A stretch of 64,000 bases of DNA. Source: a virus (lineage: Duplodnaviria; Caudoviricetes). Location of the stretch: IMG/VR virus record IMGVR_UViG_3300005673_000057, positions 1 to 64,000 of that record, one strand, 5' to 3'. Of this stretch, positions 56,127-64,000 are shown piece by piece. The translations under genes were made by a program, and so were the position numbers. The notes beneath the pieces were generated by a model. The model was not told where the DNA came from, ran no database searches, and saw only the letters and a program-made list of their open reading frames with translations. How positions within the stretch are numbered: position 1 is the stretch's first letter; the number at the start of each line of letters is the position of its first letter.

Positions 56127-56591
56127 TCAGTTCAACTTGCTCTTGCGAGCCGCCTCCAGAAAGGACTGGAGCGGAATCGCGCCCTCCCTCTCGATCCTGC
56201 GAGCGGCGCTCACCATGCCCTCGCAAACCACATTCTCGGCCTTGAGGCCGGTCAGTTTCTGGAAAGCCTCAACAGCCTCCAGCAGAATGGCCGGGCTGAA
56301 ATTCAGCGCCAGCGCATTGTCACCGACAGGACCAACCGCCTTGGCAGCAAGCAGCGCCGCGAACATGATGGAGTCCGCCGTCACCTTGTCGTCCTTGGCC
56401 ACCATAATGGCGATAGCTGCGAGTGGGCCAATCATGCACGCCGTCGCCATGGTCACCTTGGCCGGATGATTATTGTCAGGACAGCCAGCGGTGCAAGCCA
56501 TCTTGACGAATTGCTGCGAAGCATTCACAACCGAATCCAGATTGTGAACAAAGGCCGGATCGTCACCCATATTCTGCATTTCCATAGTCAT
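56127..56591 (-). CDS. hypothetical protein
   Basis: CGGGAGA SD; Ala-rich. Confidence 0.65.
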   Translation of the reverse strand: MTMEMQNMGDDPAFVHNLDSVVNASQQFVKMACTAGCPDNNHPAKVTMATACMIGPLAAIAIMVAKDDKVTADSIMFAALLAAKAVGPVGDNALALNFSPAILLEAVEAFQKLTGLKAENVVCEGMVSAARRIEREGAIPLQSFLEAARKSKLN

Positions 56592-56633
56592 TCTCCCGTT
56601 TTTGTTTGTGCAACGTCAGTGACTAGCGCCACA

Positions 56634-57062
56634 TTATGCGGCTTCATCATCCCAGTTTTTAGCCAGCCATTCCTGAGGCTTGCCGGTGAAAATGTGGGCC
56701 TCCTTGTTCTGAACATTGAAAGGAAACGGCCCCGTTTGTGTGGTGCATTCGATTGTGGGCTTCGAGCCTTTTTGACCGCGAACGATATAGATGTACTCAC
56801 ACCAGTCATTCAATTCGCCGCCGGTCGGTTCCAGATAAATGCCTCCTGGACCTTCCTTGAGGCCAAGAATGATCTGCGCAGCAAGGCACCCCATGCCGTT
56901 CGCGATATTGGTTCGCCCCGGTATGATGCCATTGACGATTTCCACGTCACAGAGCTTAGCAAGATCAAGGCCATGCCCCTCTGGATAGCCATCATATTGC
57001 CGATAAATACGGCAAAGCTCCTGATTGCCATCCATAACAATAGTCAGACTGCGGGTGCCCAT
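56634..57062 (-). CDS. hypothetical phage protein
   Basis: MGTRSLT...IYRQYDGYPEGHG...EYIYIV. Confidence 0.8.
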   Translation of the reverse strand: MGTRSLTIVMDGNQELCRIYRQYDGYPEGHGLDLAKLCDVEIVNGIIPGRTNIANGMGCLAAQIILGLKEGPGGIYLEPTGGELNDWCEYIYIVRGQKGSKPTIECTTQTGPFPFNVQNKEAHIFTGKPQEWLAKNWDDEAA

Positions 57063-57260
57063 TAGTCATTCTCCCGTTTGAATTTGGTACTTCCACTGGC
57101 TTAGGGTTCCACCCCGCCACGGGCGGGGGGAACCTGTTGGTGTTGCCGATGCCAAATCAGCAGATGGATTAGTTCATTTTCATGCTGGAGTCTCCCGTCT
57201 TTGTTGTTTTGTAGTGTCTTGGCTACTACGATTGAAGCCTAACCCACATCGGGCAGCATG

Positions 57261-57530
57261 TCAAGCGGCATCTGGCAAAAAATCTTCGCAAGTTTTGCCA
57301 TTGACCACGACTTGCTCAAGATTCAGCGGCCTGGAGCGAAAGTCTAGAAACAAAAACCTCGTCTTGGTCTGGACACCATTTAAGTCTGTTAACTCGATTG
57401 GTGCTGACCATGGCCAACGCGCCACGATAATAGTGTAGATTTTTCGGTCGCTCAAAATCACAAGGGATGCGCCAGCGTTACCAACGCGAAGAATGATGGC
57501 ATGAGTCCAACGAGTTTCAGGAATGATCAT
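57261..57530 (-). CDS. hypothetical protein
   Basis: GGGAGAGAG SD, 89 aa. Confidence 0.6.
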   Translation of the reverse strand: MIIPETRWTHAIILRVGNAGASLVILSDRKIYTIIVARWPWSAPIELTDLNGVQTKTRFLFLDFRSRPLNLEQVVVNGKTCEDFLPDAA

Positions 57531-57818
57531 TTCTCTCTCCCATTATTTTAGAATATGTTCACGCGCATAGCGCGCGCCGATTAGTTCTCTGGCATCGCAT
57601 TGTTCATGGTATGGGGAGCCATCTTCAGCCGGCATTGCGGATGTCTTTGTAGTCCAAGGCTATCGTCAGGAACGGTAGCATGAGCGCAATGCACTCGTTT
57701 TCCCGATTATGATAATAACCTGGAATCCAGAGACCCGGCAAAATACGAATGCAGCACGTCGGGCCAAGTCTCCAATTCAGCAACTTGCTATCTTGCCATC
57801 GCTTCTTATGCATCCCCA

Positions 57819-58277
57819 TCACTCCCCAAAATAGAAGCAGCAAGCATATGCGAGCATGGTTGCCTCTGCATTCTCGCGACTATGCGGCCCGTCCATGATA
57901 ACCGGATAAAAATCAGTCCATGGCAGAAGCCAGTCCTGTACCTGCATCACGGCAGTTATCGGCTCCCCATGCTCTGACAAATCCCCGACGATCTGCACCG
58001 CAGGGCCGCCCGTGCAAAGCAGGATGCGATATTCGCACGGCTTCTGCACTTCGCCAGCCCCAGGGCCATACCATCCGCTGCGAACCTCCACCGATAGCGC
58101 ATCTTCATGGATTGCGCGCTCGGCATCTTCTACGGCTCCCTCGGCTTCCGCAGATGCCTCCGGTGAATATTCATGGGCGCGACGCGCTTCTTGCAGAGCC
58201 TCCACCATTTCCCGAATGTTGTCGAAACATGCTTGGCCAGATTGCTTCGCATTGGCGAGCTTGTCAGTCTCAGTCAT
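57819..58277 (-). CDS. hypothetical protein
   Basis: GGAGGG SD; YRILLCTGGPA motif. Confidence 0.75.
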   Translation of the reverse strand: MTETDKLANAKQSGQACFDNIREMVEALQEARRAHEYSPEASAEAEGAVEDAERAIHEDALSVEVRSGWYGPGAGEVQKPCEYRILLCTGGPAVQIVGDLSEHGEPITAVMQVQDWLLPWTDFYPVIMDGPHSRENAEATMLAYACCFYFGE

Positions 58278-58440
58278 GGACGTTGCCCTCCAATAACAAG
58301 ACGTTGCCTTGCTTAATTAGGGTGGCATTCTTGATATATCTCAAACTGATGCGAGTCCCAGGAAGCCACACCATAACCTCCAAATCGAGGTTTTCTGGCG
58401 GCTCAGTGTTTAGGGTTTCTTTCAATTCAGCGAGTGTCAT
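58270..58440 (-). CDS. hypothetical protein (56 aa)
   Basis: CGGGAGA SD, MTLAELKETL. Confidence 0.55.
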   Translation of the reverse strand: MTLAELKETLNTEPPENLDLEVMVWLPGTRISLRYIKNATLIKQGNVLLLEGNVHD

Positions 58441-58491
58441 GGCTTCATTCTCCCGATTTAGCCATTGTGAATTACTAGCAGCGAGTCTGCG

Positions 58492-58650
58492 CTATCCAAT
58501 ATGGATATTGCGCCGATACCCCTCATCCTTGGCGAGTTCGGCATAGTCGCGACGACCGGCAGCGGACTCGCGCTCATAAACGCCCTGCACTTGCTTGTCC
58601 GTGCATCGGCGCAAGTAGGCGCGGAATTCGTCTTTGTCCTTTTGCGTCAT
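58492..58650 (-). CDS. hypothetical protein (52 aa)
   Basis: CGGGAGA SD, MTQKDKDEFRAYL. Confidence 0.6.
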   Translation of the reverse strand: MTQKDKDEFRAYLRRCTDKQVQGVYERESAAGRRDYAELAKDEGYRRNIHIG

Positions 58651-58787
58651 TGTAGAATCTCCCGTTTCCATCTAGAGCAAGTGTAACCCATTTCGTGGCG
58701 CTTATCTACTCACGATTTGTTACAAAGGATAGACGCCACGGCATAGGCGATGATTAAAGCAGTGACCGCACAGATCAGACTCCCGGT

Positions 58788-58982
58788 TTATGCAGCATTA
58801 CCAGTTTGAACATTGTGCTCAACGTGACATGCAATCCATGTCCCATCATTGCACCGGCCAATTTCGACGCGCGCAAAGGAAATATACCTTTCGCCACGTT
58901 CCCAATATTGACCGGCCTTGTGATATCCTTCCGCCTTCAGGAAGGACTGGGCATCGTGCTCGGTCTTGAAGGTTTTCCACAT
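58788..58982 (-). CDS. hypothetical protein
   Basis: GGGAGA SD. Confidence 0.6.
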   Translation of the reverse strand: MWKTFKTEHDAQSFLKAEGYHKAGQYWERGERYISFARVEIGRCNDGTWIACHVEHNVQTGNAA

Positions 58983-58985
58983 TGA

Positions 58986-59213
58986 TTAATCTCCCAAGAC
59001 ATAGTGGCGCAGATAATGGCCGCACGGGAAGCCAATTTGCTGGCCGCTTTCCAGTGTGACCAGAATGCAATCGTCGGTTTCTTGCTCTACTGTGTCCACG
59101 ATTGCGAATTCGGATTCGAATATGGCGTTGTCGCGATATGGGTCAGCGAAAACATCCCCTTGCAGATCAAGCCAATGACCCGGTTTGATATCGGCCGCTT
59201 TGATTACCCACAT
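58986..59213 (-). CDS. hypothetical protein
   Basis: CGGGAG SD; ADIKPG SH3-like start. Confidence 0.6.
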   Translation of the reverse strand: MWVIKAADIKPGHWLDLQGDVFADPYRDNAIFESEFAIVDTVEQETDDCILVTLESGQQIGFPCGHYLRHYVLGD

Positions 59214-59252
59214 TGTCAGACTCCCGATTGTTGATTGTGGATAGAGGCCGCA

Positions 59253-60152
59253 CTAAGCGGCCATTGCATCGTCACGAAATGCAGGACAACCATGATCTCG
59301 CAATGACTGAATCAGGTGGTTTAATCCCCTAGATTCCGCCGTCGATTCGTCACCAAAAAACTTTTCATTAATATTCATGCTTGGCAGGATATACGTTCCA
59401 TCGCGTGGCTTGGCGGTGTCAACTGTAGATAAAGTCCCGAAACCGGCCACATTGCCGGAGTCGTCGTCGGAATAGCGCGCGGCGAACACTAGACGGCGGA
59501 ACATAGCAGTATGCCCCAGGGCAAACGCCGCGCGGCCGATATCCATATGGTCGCCGGGCTCTTTAACAGTAAAGGCGACTCCCACTAAGCCACCATTAGG
59601 GGCTCTTGACATGGCCATACCAATGACATGGCAGGAAAAGCCATTCCCCTCGATTGCGTCAACTATCGCGCAAACCGTGGCCGCTTTGTTAATAAAGCAA
59701 GCGGAGTCAACGCCACCTAACCCGCCGACATGGTTGATAAGCGTAATGATGGGACGTTGGCGCGCATTGACTGAGTCTAGTCGTTTCATATGCATGGGAT
59801 TGCCCGCAAGATAGCGCGGGACATCCGGTATTGCTCCGGCCACGCCATAGCGAACATAGCGGCGCTGTGTCGGATTATTGACGTTAATCCGATCGCGCAA
59901 TGCCGCCGCACGAGTCGCGCCTTCCTGCCAGCCATCGCGGCAAAGGCCAATGGCCTCTTGCAACGATTCCGTGCCATAAAAGTATGGGTCGGTTCCGAAA
60001 CATTCCTTATCCCAATATTGAGATTTAGGAATATCTTTGACGTGTTCGCATATGGACTCAGGCGAGCTAAAGGTTAGCCAAGATTGATGTGCATTCGCCA
60101 TGAATGGCATCAAAGCCATAAGGTCAGGCGCATTGCCTTTTGATAGGATCAT
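59253..60152 (-). CDS. vWA-like partner of MoxR ATPase
   Basis: GAIPDVPRYLAGNPMHM, VKEPG, AFALGHTAMFRR; adjacent to MoxR AAA+. Confidence 0.6.
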   Translation of the reverse strand: MILSKGNAPDLMALMPFMANAHQSWLTFSSPESICEHVKDIPKSQYWDKECFGTDPYFYGTESLQEAIGLCRDGWQEGATRAAALRDRINVNNPTQRRYVRYGVAGAIPDVPRYLAGNPMHMKRLDSVNARQRPIITLINHVGGLGGVDSACFINKAATVCAIVDAIEGNGFSCHVIGMAMSRAPNGGLVGVAFTVKEPGDHMDIGRAAFALGHTAMFRRLVFAARYSDDDSGNVAGFGTLSTVDTAKPRDGTYILPSMNINEKFFGDESTAESRGLNHLIQSLRDHGCPAFRDDAMAA

Positions 60153-60180
60153 GTCGCAAGTCTCCCGATTGCGTTCTCAG

Positions 60181-60209
60181 TATGTAGCACGAAAAGGGTT
60201 AGCTGTAAA
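60181..60209 (-). promoter_or_regulatory. sigma70-like early promoter
   Basis: TTTACA-N17-TACATA; spacer begins GCTAACCC. Confidence 0.55.
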
Positions 60210-60212
60210 GGG

Positions 60213-60243
60213 ACAAACGCTAGGCGCATTGGCGCGCCTAGCG
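60213..60243 (-). terminator. intrinsic terminator after AAA gene
   Basis: CGCTAGGCGC/GCGCCTAGCG 10-bp stem followed by TTTGT on the minus strand. Confidence 0.6.
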
Positions 60244-60250
60244 ATAGGAT

Positions 60251-61489
60251 TTAGTGAGCGTGGTTCAAAATGCGCCGTTTCAAATCGGCGTCTGCGCCTT
60301 TCCAAATGAAAGACTCCTCGCATTGGTCAAAGGACCAGCCAGCCGCTATCATCTTCGCGCCCATGATAGACGCGCGGGGCGAGACGATAACGCGCGCCTT
60401 TTCCGCCATGACGCCACGCCGGATAGCTTGCACGCGATCAACCCATGAGTCGTTGCCCGCAAGCTTGCGCTCCAATACCGCGTCATAATCCCAAGTGAGG
60501 AAGGCGAAACGGTCAATGGTCGCGCCATCCAATTGCGTGCGCCCGACATAGGTGCGATCTGCGCCATTGCCATATGTGTTCGCATTGGCAATGATACGGA
60601 AATCTTTGTGACGTGGAACCGGTTTCGTGCTATCCGGGAAGGCCATATGGCCATTTGCGAGGCCAGCATTCAGGATCAGCTGAACGTCGGCAGAACCTGA
60701 ATCAAGCTCCTCAGCGCAGAACAGGCCACCGTGCTCGAAGGCTTGGCGGAACGGAGTCGAGTGATAGTTTCCCGCGCCGTCCTTATAGCCGATGTATTCA
60801 TGCGTGCCCGACGCCGCGCTTTGGATATAGAATTCCAAGCCAAGGGCATGTGCGCATTGTTCACCTGCTGTACTCTTGCCGCCACCGGCCGGGCCAACAA
60901 GCATTACGGGGATATTTTGCCCGATTGCCTCGATCACCTGCGGCAGCATTTTGTGAGCATGGCCATCGATTGCCTTGGCTTCCGCACCATTGACTGAGAC
61001 TTTGACGGTGACGCTAGGCGAGTGTTTCGCGATCATGTCGGGCAATGTGGCAAGTCGCTGGTCAATAATGGCATTGACCATTTCGGGATTACATCCGCCC
61101 TTTGCGAGAATATCGGCCAGCACGCCAGCAAGCTTGCCAGCGTCATTGACCGCATGCGCGGCTTGAACATGCTCTACAGGCGGCGCGGTCACGGTAATGG
61201 CCGGTTCCACGGTTTCGTCGTCATCCGGTGCGCTGGCAGTCAAGCCTTGCGTTATTGCGTTGCGCTTGTGCCACTCCAGCCCGAATTCGGCTGTATCGGC
61301 GTAATTGTAGCAATTGACCAGTTTCCACTTTTTCATGCTGGCCGCGTATTGGCCGGGCAAGCCCGATGCCGTGGCCCATTTCCTGAGAAGCTTGTGTGTC
61401 TCAGGCGATATGTTTGACGGCAGATTGCCACGCGCATAGCCAATAGCGGCTATGGCCTCTTGTGGCGTCATGGATGGAGTGCGTGCCAT
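60251..61489 (-). CDS. MoxR/CbbQ-type AAA+ ATPase
   Basis: VMLVGPAGGGKST, FCAEELDS, RHKDFRIIANANT, LDGATIDRF. Confidence 0.88.
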   Translation of the reverse strand: MARTPSMTPQEAIAAIGYARGNLPSNISPETHKLLRKWATASGLPGQYAASMKKWKLVNCYNYADTAEFGLEWHKRNAITQGLTASAPDDDETVEPAITVTAPPVEHVQAAHAVNDAGKLAGVLADILAKGGCNPEMVNAIIDQRLATLPDMIAKHSPSVTVKVSVNGAEAKAIDGHAHKMLPQVIEAIGQNIPVMLVGPAGGGKSTAGEQCAHALGLEFYIQSAASGTHEYIGYKDGAGNYHSTPFRQAFEHGGLFCAEELDSGSADVQLILNAGLANGHMAFPDSTKPVPRHKDFRIIANANTYGNGADRTYVGRTQLDGATIDRFAFLTWDYDAVLERKLAGNDSWVDRVQAIRRGVMAEKARVIVSPRASIMGAKMIAAGWSFDQCEESFIWKGADADLKRRILNHAH

Positions 61490-61528
61490 TGTGTGATTTC
61501 TCCCGAATCCTAATGGTGGCGGTCTGAA

Positions 61529-61558
61529 TATGTAGGACGGAATGGGTTAGGCTGTCAA
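61529..61558 (-). promoter_or_regulatory. sigma70-like early promoter
   Basis: TTGACA-N18-TACATA; spacer begins GCCTAACCC. Confidence 0.6.
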
Positions 61559-61671
61559 TATGGAATATGGGAGATTGTGGAAAGCTTGATATGTCAGTTA
61601 GTTAGCGGTGGCGTGAGACATGGGCGAAACGCCATTGCGAGCAGGGCCCGAATGCGTTATAAGACAAGGCT

Positions 61672-62055
61672 ATGAAAACAAAGAGAAAAAAGATGCCGCC
61701 ACGCTTTCCGAGTCGTCGGCATCCGTGGGTAAGCGTCTCGCACGCCGCGCTAATTGCGCGCGACCGATACGATCCCAAAACAGGCCTTTTTTTAGATAAA
61801 AGGACTGGCAAGAGACGCGGATTTGTGACGGCGCAGGGATATATTGCGATTACATTCCGTGGCACGCTGTATTTAGCACATCGCCTCGCGTGGTTTTATG
61901 TGCACAAGGAATGGCCGGACACGATTGATCACATTAATTGCAATAAACAAGATAATCGCTTGATAAATCTTAGAAACGTCACACAATCAGAGAACGCAAG
62001 GCATTATTATGGGGAACAACGCGCTATATGGGGCACGCAATGGCAGGACCGTTAG
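61672..62055 (+). CDS. HNH homing endonuclease
   Basis: YLAHRLAWFY, IDHINCNKQDNRLINLRNVT. Confidence 0.88.
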   Translation: MKTKRKKMPPRFPSRRHPWVSVSHAALIARDRYDPKTGLFLDKRTGKRRGFVTAQGYIAITFRGTLYLAHRLAWFYVHKEWPDTIDHINCNKQDNRLINLRNVTQSENARHYYGEQRAIWGTQWQDR

Positions 62056-62600
62056 CAAACCCACGTCATGAGAGATTTGCCCAAGTGCTGGCATATGGCC
62101 TCGCACAATCGCCACGATGGACTCAAGCCAAGGCATACGAGACGGCAGGTTACAAGCCAAGTGACCGAAATGTGGCAGATGCAGCCGCGTCACGCTTGTT
62201 AAGGAAGGTTAAGCCGATACTTGGCAGGGTGCATGAATTACAAGCCCAAGCATTGCGTAAGAAAAAGATCACGGTCGAGTCCATTGTGGAAGAGCTCGAA
62301 GAAGCACGGGACATAGCCAAGCAAGGCAATCAAGCCAATGCCATGGTCGCAGCAAGCACGGGAAAGGCCAAGATATTGGGCCTTGTGGTAGATCGCACAG
62401 AACAAGGAAAGCCCGGTGACTTCGCACAAGCCAATGACCAAGCCAATGTCGCAAAGATGCTATTGCGTAATGCAGGCATGGATGAGTCAGAGGTAAGTGA
62501 GGTGGCTTGCGCCGAAGCCCTCGAAGCCTTAGGCCATTTTAATGAGCGCATTGCCGCCATCGTCCAGGGCGCGCGCATGACCGGCACGCAAGCTAGCTAA
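62040..62600 (+). CDS. terS: terminase small subunit
   Basis: LANPRHERFAQ, KAYETAGY, AAASRLL, ITVESIVEEL, KAKILGL. Confidence 0.8.
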   Translation: MAGPLANPRHERFAQVLAYGLAQSPRWTQAKAYETAGYKPSDRNVADAAASRLLRKVKPILGRVHELQAQALRKKKITVESIVEELEEARDIAKQGNQANAMVAASTGKAKILGLVVDRTEQGKPGDFAQANDQANVAKMLLRNAGMDESEVSEVACAEALEALGHFNERIAAIVQGARMTGTQAS

Positions 62601-63027
62601 GCCACGCCGCCAGCGTGGCGTACATCTAAATCCCAGTTAACTTGTTCTAAAGTCTGGGCTTTTTGCTGCGCTACCATATCTTGTATGTCTTCCTTCGTCC
62701 GCGCGCCATGTCTTAGCCGGACACTGGCCTCATGCCCCTAGGTATGCACATGAGTCATGGTGCACAATGCACCCACAATCGCCCATAAATGGACGCTGGC
62801 AAGCTTTGTAGTGTGTGAGCTAGGGTGACAAGGGTGCGCCCAGAATAACGCGCCACGGATTAATTATGGGAGAAAATTATGGGAAACTGGGTCCAGGCAG
62901 AACGGGGGGCCCAACCTCGGCGTCGGTGGGCCCCGGTCACTGTGACTAAGGCCTCTCCAAAAAAGGACCCATTTTTCCCAGATGGGGGTCCCAGTACAGC
63001 AAAATATGATTAGTATTCCAAGTACCG

Positions 63028-63549
63028 CTACCTGCGGTTGTGCAGGGCATATTCTCCATGGAGCCTCTCCATGGCTTCCTTTGCAGCTTCGGCTGCTTCC
63101 TGCTCAGTCGCAAACCACCCTATAATCCTGCGGGTCCCATTGGCCTGTACCCGAACCTTATATTTCTTTCTGCCCTGTCTCTGCGGGTAGAAGCAGACAT
63201 TCTTGTGCTTGGAGGAGGTTCCTGCGGCTTTCCGGTTCCATCCATTCTGGAACTTGGTCACCTCCCTAAGGTTTTTGATCTTGTTATTGAATGGATCCCC
63301 ATCTCGATGGTCTAGCAATGGGGCCCACATTCCGTGGTGCAGGAACCACGCTGCTTTGTGGGCTGGGACCCTAATTCTGCTGCCAGCAGCCTTAAATTCT
63401 AGTCTTGGCCCATTCCTAGTAGAGGGGTGAGGATTCTTTAATCCCTTGATTTTACCAGTCTTTTTGTCAAAAAATAGGCCCGTTTCCGGGTCATAAGTCA
63501 CCCTCTCCGTCAGAAGACGTTTTACAATTTCCACCCTCTCTGGGGTCAT
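63028..63549 (-). CDS. HNH-AP2 homing endonuclease
   Basis: PAHKAAW, LDHRDGDPFNNKIKNLREVT, IGWFATEQEA...LHGEYA. Confidence 0.88.
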   Translation of the reverse strand: MTPERVEIVKRLLTERVTYDPETGLFFDKKTGKIKGLKNPHPSTRNGPRLEFKAAGSRIRVPAHKAAWFLHHGMWAPLLDHRDGDPFNNKIKNLREVTKFQNGWNRKAAGTSSKHKNVCFYPQRQGRKKYKVRVQANGTRRIIGWFATEQEAAEAAKEAMERLHGEYALHNRR

Positions 63550-63728
63550 GGCTTACCGTGTTTTTTCCACCAGTCATAATGGCCCTGTTTATCGGCCCAT
63601 TTATCGTACTCCCCCCATGTCTCTGAGGTGGGAGAGATTCGATCTGCAAGCCTGCCTACCCTGTCCATCTGGCTCTCCAGCCACATGGCTAGGCGGCACC
63701 TGATACAGTCAGTCCACCGCATACTCAT
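63546..63728 (-). CDS. hypothetical protein
   Basis: coupled 60 aa ORF. Confidence 0.5.
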   Translation of the reverse strand: MSMRWTDCIRCRLAMWLESQMDRVGRLADRISPTSETWGEYDKWADKQGHYDWWKKHGKP

Positions 63729-63970
63729 GCCTTTATCTCTGCCACATAAGCCTTGTACTTGGCCTTGCCAGCCTCACTGACTGGGCGTCTGCCCAGTATC
63801 TCCTCGGGCATGCCATCCTCGCATTGTGGCGGGATAACTGCATTATGGGTGAGCCATGGGAACTGAGTGCAGTCACATGGCATCCCCTTCCATGGGCACC
63901 TAGTCACTGTAGGTCCTGGATACGGGGCTAAGGGCAGACTCAAGCTCACGGCGCAACCGCTCGATCTCAT
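63725..63970 (-). CDS. hypothetical Cys-containing protein
   Basis: CPW..MPCDC; start uncertain. Confidence 0.45.
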   Translation of the reverse strand: MRSSGCAVSLSLPLAPYPGPTVTRCPWKGMPCDCTQFPWLTHNAVIPPQCEDGMPEEILGRRPVSEAGKAKYKAYVAEIKA

Positions 63971-64000
63971 CCGCCGCCTCCAGGCCCATGTGGGCAGCAG

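Larger units (their letters stand above)
56029..61505 (-). repeat. recurring early-gene RBS motif CGGGAGA
   Basis: plus-strand TCTCCCG at 56029, 56592, 57070, 57191, 58449, 58658, 60161, 61499; 17-bp exact repeat at 56585-56601 and 57063-57079. Confidence 0.75.

Noticed and set aside
55187-56245. 352-aa plus-strand ORF opposite the AAA ATPase
   Set aside because: Shadow of a GC3-rich gene; no RBS or coupling
57188-61510. GANTC sites next to early RBSs as GcrA/CcrM targets
   Set aside because: Most arise from the GGGAGA motif itself; enrichment cannot be shown without counting
62636-62650. CtrA-like box TTAA-N7-TAAA
   Set aside because: Imperfect single match in an AT-rich spot

Overview
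The whole window is one segment of a tailed dsDNA phage (or prophage) genome of podovirus type. A phage-encoded GcrA points to an alphaproteobacterial host. No integrase, DNA polymerase, reverse transcriptase or CRISPR array is visible. Layout: (1) 1-5.9 kb, minus strand: accessory block with sugar-tailoring enzymes (Gfo/Idh/MocA oxidoreductase, SAM methyltransferase, N-formyltransferase, GNAT), tRNA-Gly, tRNA-Ser and HNH genes. (2) 6.3-41.4 kb, plus strand: TerL, portal, GroES-like protein, scaffold, major capsid, tail fibres, short-tail adaptor/nozzle proteins, ejection proteins (one with an ADP-ribosyltransferase-like domain) and lysis genes. (3) 41.6-46.4 kb, minus strand: small accessory/recombination genes. 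(4) 46.5-53.5 kb, plus strand: Cro-like HTH, GcrA, RusA, DGQHR/ParB-like protein, MT-A70 methyltransferase and a split primase-helicase. (5) 53.4-61.5 kb, minus strand: early genes with two AAA+ ATPases and a vWA-like partner. (6) TerS at 62 kb, far from TerL. About eleven freestanding homing-type endonucleases are scattered throughout. Best candidate for an undescribed system: a CstII/Maf-like (nonulosonic acid transferase fold) gene inside the virion operon, together with Pse/Leg-type sugar-tailoring genes and Ser/Thr-rich virion proteins, suggesting a phage that glycosylates its virion with modified nonulosonic acids. Other notable signals: a recurrent [YFMR]xxGG motif across head and ejection proteins, an HNH ORF running from one tRNA-Ser 5' half into another, and a translationally coupled ORF spanning an antisense homing endonuclease just upstream of the capsid gene. 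All protein assignments come from motif recognition by eye; no database searches were run.
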